From: Minisyncoccota bacterium
GTDB lineage: Bacteria > Patescibacteriota > Minisyncoccia > Phycocordibacterales > JACRKE01
Direction: 5' to 3'
Assembly: GCA_041660505.1 (NCBI GenBank)
Contig: JBAZWG010000001.1
Coordinates: 675,768 to 719,008, forward strand
Length of the DNA stretch: 43,241 bases
Part shown: positions 26,889 to 35,152 of the stretch, piece by piece
Layout: the number at the start of each line of letters is the position of its first letter
How positions within the stretch are numbered: position 1 is the first letter of the stretch
Notes under the pieces: model-generated
Databases searched by the model: none
Told to the model about the DNA's origin: nothing
Seen by the model: the letters and a program-made list of their open reading frames with translations, nothing else
Translations under genes and position numbers: made by a program

Positions 26889-28444
26889 ACAGCGATGTAC
26901 CTACAATCAGTCTGAAGGGCGTTAAGGTGTCTTTCGATGTTCTTAAATACATCCCTGAAGAATCGGCGGCTTTTTACGCATTTGTGCCGATAGGGCTTAA
27001 GGACAATGTTTTGGAGATTGGTATGGTGGATCCGGAGAATCTAGAGGCAAGGAACGCCATTGTTTTCATCGCCTCAAAAATAGGTTTGCCGTATAAATTA
27101 TATCGCATCAATAAAGAGGATTATGAATCGGTACTCAAGAATTACAAAGGCATCTCCGGCGAAATAGACAAGGCGCTTGGCGAGCTTGGTTCCGAGTTCG
27201 GGGACAGAGAGAAGCTCTCGCATGAGCTTGACCAGAGCATGTCGGATAAGGTTACCGTAGACATTATCGAAGACGCCCCGGTAACGAAAATTGTCGCTTC
27301 CATAATCCAACATGCCACCGACGGCAACGCTTCCGACGTGCATATAGAGCCATTGGGTGAGAAGGTGCGCGTTCGCTTCCGTGTTGATGGTGTGATGTAT
27401 ACCAGTCTTTTCTTGCCAAAGGTGGTGCACGAAGCAGTCATCGCTCGTATAAAAATACTTTCGAACATCAAACTTGACGAAAAGCGCAAACCGCAAGACG
27501 GCCGTTTCTCCGCAAAGATTGAGGGGCGCAAAGTGGACTTCCGCGTCTCGACCCTCCCCACGTTCTTCGGCGAGAAGGTGGTGTTGCGTATTCTGGACAC
27601 GGATAAGGGAGTGCGCACATTGGACCAGATAGCGTTGCGCCCGAACGACCTCAAGAAAGTTCAAAGCGCCCTCGAGCGGCCATACGGCATGATACTTATT
27701 ACCGGTCCGACGGGCTCCGGTAAATCGACGACTCTCTACGCGATGCTTAACTCGCTCGATAAAGAGGGGAGTAATATCGTTAGTCTCGAAGATCCTATCG
27801 AGTACAACGTGGCGGGGATTAACCAATCGCAAGTCTTCCCCGAGATTGAATACACTTTCGCCTCCGGCCTCCGCTCTATTTTGCGCCAAGACCCGGACGT
27901 TATCATGGTGGGTGAAATCCGCGATAAAGAGACGGCCGAGCTCGCCGTGCAGGCGGCCTTGACCGGCCACCTTGTGCTCTCTACGTTGCACACCAACACT
28001 TCTGTCGGCGCTATCTCGCGCCTTATGGATATGGGCGTAGACCCCTACCTTATTGCGCCGACTCTTATTCTCGTGATGGGTCAGCGTCTCGTCCGTACAT
28101 TGTGTGAAGAAAAGGATAAGCGTGTGATAGACGAAGCATCGCGAATGATAATAGACAAACAGCTATCCGACCTGCCGGCCGAATATCGCGCCGAATTTAT
28201 GAAATACGACTCTATATATAAGGCGAAGCCGTCCAATACCTGTGCAAACGGTACCAAAGGCCGTTTGGCGGCTTTTGAAGTGCTCGAAATTGATCAGGAT
28301 ATTCAAACTTCAATACTCAAGAACAGCGGTGAGGAGATTATTTATAAATCGGCAAGAGCGAAGGGCTACACTACCATGCGCGAGGACGCCTTGCTTAAAA
28401 TGCTTCAGGGGATTGTCCCCTTTGAGGAAGCAATGAGACTGTAG
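26885..28444 (+). CDS. pilB: type IV pilus assembly ATPase PilB (GspE family)
   Basis: 519 aa. Walker A GPTGSGKSTT, an Asp box, DPDVIMVGEIRD and GHLVLSTLHTN. Confidence 0.93.
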   Translation: MNSDVPTISLKGVKVSFDVLKYIPEESAAFYAFVPIGLKDNVLEIGMVDPENLEARNAIVFIASKIGLPYKLYRINKEDYESVLKNYKGISGEIDKALGELGSEFGDREKLSHELDQSMSDKVTVDIIEDAPVTKIVASIIQHATDGNASDVHIEPLGEKVRVRFRVDGVMYTSLFLPKVVHEAVIARIKILSNIKLDEKRKPQDGRFSAKIEGRKVDFRVSTLPTFFGEKVVLRILDTDKGVRTLDQIALRPNDLKKVQSALERPYGMILITGPTGSGKSTTLYAMLNSLDKEGSNIVSLEDPIEYNVAGINQSQVFPEIEYTFASGLRSILRQDPDVIMVGEIRDKETAELAVQAALTGHLVLSTLHTNTSVGAISRLMDMGVDPYLIAPTLILVMGQRLVRTLCEEKDKRVIDEASRMIIDKQLSDLPAEYRAEFMKYDSIYKAKPSNTCANGTKGRLAAFEVLEIDQDIQTSILKNSGEEIIYKSARAKGYTTMREDALLKMLQGIVPFEEAMRL

Positions 28445-28448
28445 TAGA

Positions 28449-28475
28449 ATAGGACTTATAAGACTAATAAGACTT
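28449..28475. repeat. 3 x 9-bp tandem repeat (ATARGACTW) abutting the receiver-gene ATG
   Basis: Units are ataggactt ataagacta ataagactt, followed directly by the ATG at 28476. Confidence 0.85.
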
Positions 28476-28853
28476 ATGCCTAATAAAAAAATTCTGATCA
28501 TCGACGACGACAAGTTCCTTTTGGATATGTACGCGATGAAGTTCTCCGGCAAAGACTTCGACATCGAGACAAGTCAGAACGCCTCTGACTCTCTTTCTAA
28601 TATTGTCGGTGGCTATCATCCGGATGTGATCTTGCTCGACCTCGTCATGCCGGGCATGGACGGCTTCGGCTTTCTCGAAGAGATGAAAAAGAAGAATCTG
28701 GCAAACGGCACCAAAATAATAGTCTTCTCCAATCTCGGCCAGAAAGATGATATAGAGAAGGGGATGGCGCTCGGCGCCGCCGGATACATTATTAAAGCAA
28801 GCTCAACACCGTCAGAAGTGGTGCAGAAGGTTAACCAGATTCTGGGCAAATAG
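28476..28853 (+). CDS. stand-alone response-regulator receiver (CheY-like) protein
   Basis: 125 aa. Acidic pocket IIDDD, phospho-acceptor context ILLDLVMPGMDG, and conserved S and K (FSN.., IIKA). Confidence 0.85.
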   Translation: MPNKKILIIDDDKFLLDMYAMKFSGKDFDIETSQNASDSLSNIVGGYHPDVILLDLVMPGMDGFGFLEEMKKKNLANGTKIIVFSNLGQKDDIEKGMALGAAGYIIKASSTPSEVVQKVNQILGK

Positions 28854-28859
28854 CTAAAT

Positions 28860-28894
28860 TTTGATATTTGATATTAGATTTTTAATCTAACTAC
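28860..28894. repeat. 5 x 7-bp tandem array upstream of pilT
   Basis: Units are tttgata tttgata ttagatt tttaatc taactac. The array ends 1 nt before the GTG at 28896. Confidence 0.8.
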
Positions 28895-28895
28895 C

Positions 28896-29960
28896 GTGGA
28901 CTATAAAAAAGAACTCCTAGATCTCATCCAGATAGTGATAACCCAAGGCGCTTCCGATTTGCACATTTCGGCACTCCGCCATCCGACCATCCGTGTCTCG
29001 GGCGAACTGGTGCCATTGGTCCAGAAGCCGGAATTGACGGCGCAGGACTCTGCCGGGCTCGTCATGGAGCTTATCCCCACGGACGACAAAGAGCATTTCT
29101 TGAAAGATAAAGACATCGACTTCTCCTACAGCACCGCGAGTGGTGAACGCTTCCGCTGTAACGCATTTTTCCAAAAAGGAATGATCGGCGCGGCTCTACG
29201 CCTCATCCCGTCCAAGATTAAGACAATGGACGAGCTATTTTTACCTCAATCGCTTAAAGATTTCGCGTTCAAAGAGCAAGGATTCTTTTTGGTTGTGGGC
29301 TCTGTCGGGCAAGGCAAGTCTACGACTCTCGCCTCGATGGTGCAGATAATCAACACCGAGCGCGCCGAGCATATTATCACCATCGAAGACCCTATCGAGT
29401 ACGTCTTCACTGAAGACAAGTCCATAATAGACCAGCGCGAAATCAGATTCGACACCAAGGATTTCAAAACGGGCTTGCGCTCCATGTTCCGCGAGGATGT
29501 GAACGTGGCGATGATCGCCGAGATGCGTGATGCCGAGACGATTGCCACGGCCGTGACGGCCGCCGAGACCGGCCACCTTGTGCTCTCTACGTTGCACACC
29601 AACAGTGCCGCCCAGACCATCGACCGTATCATAGACTCCTTCCCCGGCGACCAGCAGGCGCAGATTCGCATGCAACTTTCGAGCTCGCTCATCGCTATCT
29701 TTTCTCAGCGCTTAATCCCGCGCGTATCAGGCGGGCTTGTACCGGCTTATGAGCTTATGATCAACAACAGCGCCACCTCCAATCTTATCCGCGAGGCGCG
29801 CACGAATGAAGTGAATCTCGTCATCGAGACCAGTGCCGAGCAAGGCATGGTATCAATGAACCAATCCTTGGCCGAGCTTGTCCGCCGAGGGGAGATAACT
29901 ATCGAGAACGCGTATAAACATTCACTTAACACGCAAGGATTACAGCAAAGATTAGGTTGA
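28896..29960 (+). CDS. pilT: twitching-motility retraction ATPase PilT
   Basis: 354 aa. Walker A GSVGQGKSTT, GHLVLSTLHTN, and an AIRNLIRE-like motif (ATSNLIREART). Confidence 0.92.
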   Translation: MDYKKELLDLIQIVITQGASDLHISALRHPTIRVSGELVPLVQKPELTAQDSAGLVMELIPTDDKEHFLKDKDIDFSYSTASGERFRCNAFFQKGMIGAALRLIPSKIKTMDELFLPQSLKDFAFKEQGFFLVVGSVGQGKSTTLASMVQIINTERAEHIITIEDPIEYVFTEDKSIIDQREIRFDTKDFKTGLRSMFREDVNVAMIAEMRDAETIATAVTAAETGHLVLSTLHTNSAAQTIDRIIDSFPGDQQAQIRMQLSSSLIAIFSQRLIPRVSGGLVPAYELMINNSATSNLIREARTNEVNLVIETSAEQGMVSMNQSLAELVRRGEITIENAYKHSLNTQGLQQRLG

Positions 29961-30006
29961 ACAAGAGAGTTCAACTCTCTGTATACAGAAAGTTGAACTC
30001 TCTTGT
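29961..30006. repeat. hairpin E5 (16-bp stem, GTTCAAC core) between pilT and pilC
   Basis: ACAAGAGAGTTCAACT / AGTTGAACTCTCTTGT, with an internally palindromic loop TCTGTATACAGA. Confidence 0.9.
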
Positions 30007-30014
30007 ACAAAATT

Positions 30015-31223
30015 ATGTTATTCACCTACAAAGCATCTGATCAACAAGGCAGTGAGCAGACCGGCAACATCGAGGCGGGGAGTATGGATAGCGCCATCGC
30101 CACACTACAACAGCGCAATCTGCTGGTTATAGATATCAAGCCAGCCAATCAGGCCGGCTTCTTGGCGAAGTTGATCCCATCCTTCGATCGCGTGGCACTC
30201 AAGGATATCGTCATTCTCTCCCGCCAGCTCTCCACGCTATTCGAGGCCAAGGTCCCCGTCGGCAATATCTTCAAGCTCCTCGCCGCCGAATCCGAGAGCC
30301 GCCCTTTGCGTGCCAAGCTTTCCGAGATGACAGACGACATCCAGGGCGGTATGTCAATATCCGCCGCGATGAGTCGCCACCCCGATGTCTTCACCGCCTT
30401 TTACGTCAGCATGATCCGTGCCGGCGAGGAGTCGGGCAAGCTTTCAGAGACCTTCGAATATCTCGCAGACTATCTCGAGCGCAACTATGCCATAGTGTCC
30501 AAGACGCGTAATGCTCTTTTATATCCCGCGTTCGTTATCCTCTCTTTTATTATAGTGATGCTCCTCATGTTTATTGTGGTCGTCCCGCAACTCGCATCTA
30601 TATTGAAGGACTCCGGCCAAGAGTTGCCGTTCTACACCCAAATGGTCATCTGGATGAGCGATCTACTCGTTAACGACGGGTTAATCCTGCTAGTCATAGT
30701 CATTATCTCCGGCCTTGGCCTCTGGTACTATACTCGCTCGCCGGCTGGCAAAACGGCTTATGGATACTTCAAGATGAACATCCCGTACTTGGGCGATTTG
30801 TACCGCAAGCTCTACGTCTCACGCATTGCCGACAACATGGACACAATGCTATCTTCCGGCATTTCTATGGTGCGCGCGATGGAGATTACGGCGGACGTGG
30901 TGGGGGATGATGTGTATAAAAAAGTTTTGCTCGACACGATGGAGGATGTTAAGGGCGGTAGCCCGCTCTCGGAAGCCTTCTCGCGCCATCCGGAGATACC
31001 GTCTATCATCATCCAGATGTCGCGCATCGGTGAAGAGACCGGCAAGCTCGGCTTCGTTCTTAAGACGATGGCGCGCTTTTATAAGCGCGAGGTAGATACC
31101 GCCATAGACACGCTCGTCGGCCTTATCGAGCCGATTATGATTATAGCGCTCGGCCTTGGCGTCGGCTTCCTCCTTATCTCCGTATTGGGTCCGATTTATA
31201 ACATTACGTCTAGTATCAGTTAA
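30015..31223 (+). CDS. pilC: type IV pilus platform protein PilC (T2SS F family)
   Basis: Two T2SSF repeats and three TM segments. ATG at 30015; the track start at 30003 lies inside hairpin E5. Confidence 0.92.
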   Translation: MLFTYKASDQQGSEQTGNIEAGSMDSAIATLQQRNLLVIDIKPANQAGFLAKLIPSFDRVALKDIVILSRQLSTLFEAKVPVGNIFKLLAAESESRPLRAKLSEMTDDIQGGMSISAAMSRHPDVFTAFYVSMIRAGEESGKLSETFEYLADYLERNYAIVSKTRNALLYPAFVILSFIIVMLLMFIVVVPQLASILKDSGQELPFYTQMVIWMSDLLVNDGLILLVIVIISGLGLWYYTRSPAGKTAYGYFKMNIPYLGDLYRKLYVSRIADNMDTMLSSGISMVRAMEITADVVGDDVYKKVLLDTMEDVKGGSPLSEAFSRHPEIPSIIIQMSRIGEETGKLGFVLKTMARFYKREVDTAIDTLVGLIEPIMIIALGLGVGFLLISVLGPIYNITSSIS

Positions 31224-31224
31224 C

Positions 31225-31292
31225 AGAATTAAAGAATTTAGGAATTATAGAATTAAAGAATCATTCTCAAATTCTAAAATTCCCTAATTCTG
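31225..31292. repeat. inverted octamer arrays (AGAATTNN)x5 / (NNAATTCT)x3-4
   Basis: GAATT recurs every 8 nt at 31226, 31234, 31242, 31250 and 31258. AATTCT/AATTCC recurs every 8 nt at 31270, 31278 and 31286. Confidence 0.9.
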
Positions 31293-31359
31293 TCCGAAAC
31301 CAGTTATCCCCGCGCCCTCCTTGCATTTTTAAACATTAGCCCTATAATCAAGCACATAT

Positions 31360-31833
31360 ATGAAGAAAGGTTTTACACTTATTGAGCTTCTCGTTGTAAT
31401 AGCGATAATAGGCATTTTGTCATCAGTGGTGTTGGCATCGTTGACTAGCGCTAGGACGAAAGGAGCTGACGGTGCAATTAAATCTGCACTTCAACAGTTT
31501 CGTGCCCAGGCGGAACTTGATGCCGATACGATCGGTGCGGCGACTAGCAATAAGCTTTATAGCACGGCGACAATAGTGACGTGTGGTGCAGCTGCCGCAA
31601 CAAATGTGTTTGGAACTACTAAAGGTGCCAAGATTTTGGCCAATGCCTTTAGTAACTCGAACACTACCGCTTCAGGGTCAAAGTGCGGGGCTGACGCTGA
31701 TTCCTATGTAATTGCAGTGCCGCTGCGCTCAAAATCAACTGACTTTTGGTGTGTTGACAGTGAAGGAAATTCTAATGTGATAGTTGGGGCAAATTTTACT
31801 CCGGCGAGCCCTTTTGCCTGTCCCGCATCATAA
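31360..31833 (+). CDS. type IV pilin (prepilin, class III signal peptide)
   Basis: MKK-GFTLIELLVVIAIIGIL prepilin cleavage/methylation motif. A C-terminal Cys pair is present. Confidence 0.9.
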   Translation: MKKGFTLIELLVVIAIIGILSSVVLASLTSARTKGADGAIKSALQQFRAQAELDADTIGAATSNKLYSTATIVTCGAAAATNVFGTTKGAKILANAFSNSNTTASGSKCGADADSYVIAVPLRSKSTDFWCVDSEGNSNVIVGANFTPASPFACPAS

Positions 31834-31886
31834 ATTTCATAGTCGAAAATATTATTAACAATTATTATTAAGTTTTAACAGATTCT

Positions 31887-32342
31887 ATGCAGAACAAAAA
31901 AGGTTTTACATTGATCGAGCTCCTCGTGGTCATCGCCATCATCGGCATCTTGACCTCGGTGGTTCTAGCGTCGCTCAACAGTGCGCGATCGAAAGGTGGT
32001 GATGCGGGCGTCAAGGACAACTTGGCATCTATCCGCACGCAAGCAGAAGTGTACTACGATGGTCCGAAGAACTACGGCACAGCTTTTGCTCCGGCGCTGT
32101 GTTCTACGGCCGGCGCAGGCACAATGTTCGTTGATGACTCAAGCGTCAAGAACGCAATAGCCTCTGCAGCTTCCTCGGGTGGCGGTACGGTAAACTGTGC
32201 ATCGGTAACCTCTCCGGCAGCGGCGTGGGCAATCTCGGCACAGCTCAAGGCCGATACGACCAAGTATTGGTGTGTTGACAGCACTGGTAATGCGACCTCA
32301 ACCTCGACAGCATTGCCGACAACAGGAGCTGTTTGTCAGTAA
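31887..32342 (+). CDS. type IV pilin (prepilin)
   Basis: MQNKK-GFTLIELLVVIAIIGIL. A canonical terminator follows. Confidence 0.9.
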   Translation: MQNKKGFTLIELLVVIAIIGILTSVVLASLNSARSKGGDAGVKDNLASIRTQAEVYYDGPKNYGTAFAPALCSTAGAGTMFVDDSSVKNAIASAASSGGGTVNCASVTSPAAAWAISAQLKADTTKYWCVDSTGNATSTSTALPTTGAVCQ

Positions 32343-32365
32343 TCCGGTATAATTAGATATTCCAA

Positions 32366-32392
32366 CAAAAAAGTCCCGAGAGGGACTTTTTT
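32366..32392 (+). terminator. Rho-independent terminator
   Basis: AAAAAAGTCCC-GAGA-GGGACTTTTTT followed by a T tract. Confidence 0.8.
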
Positions 32393-32394
32393 GT

Positions 32395-32437
32395 TTTCCA
32401 CCCGCCTCCCCGGCGGGTCGCCGAGGAGGCGACTGTT
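32395..32437. repeat. double-hairpin motif H copy 2
   Basis: CCCGCC-TCCCC-GGCGGG followed by GTCGCC-GAGGA-GGCGAC, upstream of the atypical pilin paralogue. Confidence 0.8.
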
Positions 32438-32445
32438 TTTCCACT

Positions 32446-32904
32446 ATGAAATTAACGTGCATACGGTATGATATGGCTATGACTGCACCTAAATTATTCT
32501 TGGCTATCGTTGTTATTATAATCGTCGGCGGAGTATTGTTGGCGCTCGTGGGTGGCCGGCGCGGAGACGCCGGCGTGATAAAAAATCTTAACACTATCCG
32601 TACGGCGGCAGAGCTCTATTATGATATGAACAAGAACTATGGCACGGCGTTTGTCGGTTCGTGTCCGGACGCCGGTGCCGGCACGATATTTAAAGACGAC
32701 AAGAGCGTAAAGATTGCGCTCAAAGGAGCATTATCTGCCGGCGGAGGTGAGGGAGATTGTGTCGTGACAGACGGGCCGTCTCAAGTCTGGGCGGTACGCG
32801 TACAGCTCAAGTCGAGGAGTGAATATTGGTGCGTCGATAGCACCGGTGCGACGGCCAAGACGGGCTCTGCCATAAATGGCGCCGGTGCTTGCGTATTCCC
32901 CTAA
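32446..32904 (+). CDS. pilin-domain paralogue lacking the prepilin cleavage motif
   Basis: The globular part aligns by eye with pilin 31887..32342 (GDAGV..N..IRT.AE.YYD..KNYGTAF....AGAGT.F.DD.SVK.A.......GGG...C......W.....LK....YWCVDSTG). The N-terminus is PKLFLAIVVIIIVGGVLLAL, with no G-F-T-L-I-E. The start codon is uncertain. Confidence 0.7.
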   Translation: MKLTCIRYDMAMTAPKLFLAIVVIIIVGGVLLALVGGRRGDAGVIKNLNTIRTAAELYYDMNKNYGTAFVGSCPDAGAGTIFKDDKSVKIALKGALSAGGGEGDCVVTDGPSQVWAVRVQLKSRSEYWCVDSTGATAKTGSAINGAGACVFP

Positions 32905-32940
32905 GGTCTTTTTAATTTTGTGATATAATCTTGATATCGT

Positions 32941-33786
32941 ATGGACGGCTTACTGCTCATATTTCTCTTCGCTTTCGGCCTGGTCATGGGTAGCTTTCTT
33001 AACGTTGTCATTCTCCGTTACAACACTGGTAAGAGTTTGCAAGGCCGTTCGGCCTGCTTCTCTTGCGGCACGACGCTCGCTTGGCATCACCTCGTCCCGC
33101 TTATCTCCTTCATCGCCCAGCGTGGCCACTGTGCCTTCTGTGGCAGTAAGATCTCTCCCCAGTATCCGCTGGTCGAACTCGCCACCGGCATTTTATTCGT
33201 ATGTTCCTACCTGTCTGCCGGCGAGGCAGGTCTCCTATCTCCTAACTCCCAACTCCTGTTAGTATTCAATCTCATCGCCACTTGTCTCTTGATAATCATC
33301 TTCGTCTACGATCTTCGCCATAAGATTATCCCTGACGGCATTGCCTATGCCTTTATTGGCCTTGGCTTCATTATGCTTATTTTGCGCAATAGCACGCCCT
33401 TCGATACAGCCGGCGCAATAGCAGACATTGTCTCTGCCATTCTGATTTTCTTCTTCTTCTTTTCGCTGTGGTATTTCTCTAAAGGCACCTGGATGGGTCT
33501 GGGCGATGGCAAGCTTGCGCTTGCTATGAGCCTCTTCTTGCCTTGGGCAGAGAACTTATCGGCCATAATCATCTCGTTCTGGGTAGGTGCCGGCTTCGGC
33601 CTGCTCCTCATGGCGTACGAACGCATAAGGGCACACAAGGCAGTCTTCTGGGGCCCGCAGAAGACTGCCTTGTGTGGCAAGTTTCACTCAATGAAAAGCG
33701 AGCTCCCATTCGCGCCGTTTATGATAATCGCATTCTTCTTGGTGCTATTCTCCCAACTTAATTTGTTCTATTTGCTGATTGTATGA
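32941..33786 (+). CDS. pilD: prepilin peptidase / N-methyltransferase PilD (A24 family)
   Basis: N-terminal CFSCG...CAFCG zinc-binding pairs. Catalytic Asp contexts YDLRHKIIPD and GLGDGKL. Confidence 0.9.
   Translation: MDGLLLIFLFAFGLVMGSFLNVVILRYNTGKSLQGRSACFSCGTTLAWHHLVPLISFIAQRGHCAFCGSKISPQYPLVELATGILFVCSYLSAGEAGLLSPNSQLLLVFNLIATCLLIIIFVYDLRHKIIPDGIAYAFIGLGFIMLILRNSTPFDTAGAIADIVSAILIFFFFFSLWYFSKGTWMGLGDGKLALAMSLFLPWAENLSAIIISFWVGAGFGLLLMAYERIRAHKAVFWGPQKTALCGKFHSMKSELPFAPFMIIAFFLVLFSQLNLFYLLIV
33232..33259. repeat. CTCC-heptamer array (4 units) inside pilD
   Basis: Units are ctcctat ctcctaa ctcccaa ctcctgt. Translated as LLSPNSQLL. Confidence 0.9.
33632..33676. repeat. perfect 19-bp inverted repeat inside pilD
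   Basis: CACACAAGGCAGTCTTCTG-GGGCCCG-CAGAAGACTGCCTTGTGTG. Translated as HKAVFWGPQKTALCG. Confidence 0.95.
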
Positions 33787-34481
33787 AACTTTCAACTTTC
33801 AACTTTCAACTTTCAACTCGCTCGGGCTTCACCCTCATCGAGCTCATGGTCACCCTCGCTATCTTTACTATCATGACAGGCATCGTCCTCGCGAACTATC
33901 CGGACTTTAACACCAAGATAAGCCGTGATGTGCTGGTGCAGAACGTCGCCTTGGCTATCCGTGAAGCGCAAGTGCATGGTATAAGTATCAGATCTCAAGA
34001 CATAGGCACGCTGGCAACAGCCTATGGGGTTTATATTAATGATACTCAAAGCTATCCGCTCTTCTCTGATAACGATTCAGACAATATTTACGATTCTGGC
34101 GATTTAATAGTGCCAGGGAATAACAATTTAATCCAAGGAGGTAAAAATAAAATTCTACTTGTATGCGGAAATTATCACTACACAAATAATAGCGGTCCCG
34201 CAGTACGCACAGATTGTGAAGATGCGGCAAAACATCCAGAGAATCTAGCTACAGCTAATACTTCGAAAGAGTTAAATATCGTATTTCATCGTCCAAATCC
34301 TGAGGCTATTATTACCGGTACGCTTAAAGAAGGTATTAACCAGTGCGACTCTAGTGGAGACGTGCTGCCCGATTTAGACGGGTTTTGCAGATACAACAAT
34401 GCCGCGATATTCATTGGTGACGGGTTGGGGACGTATAAAAAGGTGATAATTTGGAATACGGGTCAAATAGCGACAGAGTAA
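33783..34481 (+). CDS. minor pseudopilin (prepilin-type N-terminal cleavage domain)
   Basis: MKLSTFNFQLSTRS-GFTLIELMVTLAIFTI. Its start overlaps the pilD stop (ATGA). Confidence 0.85.
   Translation: MKLSTFNFQLSTRSGFTLIELMVTLAIFTIMTGIVLANYPDFNTKISRDVLVQNVALAIREAQVHGISIRSQDIGTLATAYGVYINDTQSYPLFSDNDSDNIYDSGDLIVPGNNNLIQGGKNKILLVCGNYHYTNNSGPAVRTDCEDAAKHPENLATANTSKELNIVFHRPNPEAIITGTLKEGINQCDSSGDVLPDLDGFCRYNNAAIFIGDGLGTYKKVIIWNTGQIATE
33787..33821. repeat. (AACTTTC)x4 plus a degenerate fifth unit, encoding a pseudopilin leader
   Basis: Four perfect heptamers at 33787..33814, then AACTCGC. Confidence 0.95.
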
Positions 34482-35152
34482 TGCTAAAAACTACAAACTA
34501 CAAACTAAAAACTGCCCGCGGCTTCACACTCGTCGAAGTGCTTGTTTCTTCGGCTATCATCACCGTCGTGATGCTTGTTGCTATCGGCGCTATTATTACC
34601 ATCCAGGATGCAAGCCGCAAGGCGCAGGCAGTGCGCGCCATTATCGACAACCTGCACGGCGCGGTAGAGAACATGTCGCGCAAAATTCGCACCGGCAATA
34701 CCTACTACTGCGGCGATGCAACGAGCAACCTTCCTTATTTCCAAACACGGCCATGCGACAGTTCCGGATTCGCAACCGCCATGTCTTTTATGGCAACCGA
34801 CGATGTCAGCACCGGTGAAGGTGTGCCGACTATATATCGCATGGAATGCAGTCCCGCTTTAAATGGCGAGAATATAGAGCCGGTTTCGACTACGGGCATG
34901 TGTCGAGAAGGTCAGAAGGGGACCATCATGTATTATAAAGACAACACGAACGGCCGAGGATTCAGCGGCTTCGAGCCTCTTACCGACCCCAAGATTGATG
35001 TAAAGAGCCTGCGTTTCTATGTCCATAACGCCGAAGGTGTTAACGGCTATCCGTCGGTCCTTATTACTATTAACGGTACGATTAAAATAGAGAGAATAAA
35101 CATCAATACGCCGTTCAATATCGAGACGACTATTTCGCAATATATAAAATGA
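34481..35152 (+). CDS. minor pseudopilin
   Basis: ATG at 34481 overlaps the upstream stop (TAATG). MLKTTNYKLKTAR-GFTLVEVLVSSAII. Confidence 0.85.
   Translation: MLKTTNYKLKTARGFTLVEVLVSSAIITVVMLVAIGAIITIQDASRKAQAVRAIIDNLHGAVENMSRKIRTGNTYYCGDATSNLPYFQTRPCDSSGFATAMSFMATDDVSTGEGVPTIYRMECSPALNGENIEPVSTTGMCREGQKGTIMYYKDNTNGRGFSGFEPLTDPKIDVKSLRFYVHNAEGVNGYPSVLITINGTIKIERININTPFNIETTISQYIK
34484..34518. repeat. (CTAMAAA)x4 plus a degenerate fifth unit, encoding a pseudopilin leader
   Basis: Units are ctaaaaa ctacaaa ctacaaa ctaaaaa ctgcccg. Confidence 0.9.

Noticed and set aside
27098-27991. 297-aa minus-strand ORF inside pilB (and 29241..29692 inside pilT)
   Set aside because: These are antisense to conserved secretion ATPase genes. 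The long open antisense frames are explained by the codon bias of the sense genes, and no motif is recognisable.
32366-32392. The hairpin after the second pilin as another REP-type element
   Set aside because: Its short GC stem, flanking A run and T tract fit a canonical intrinsic terminator, and it resembles none of the repeat families.
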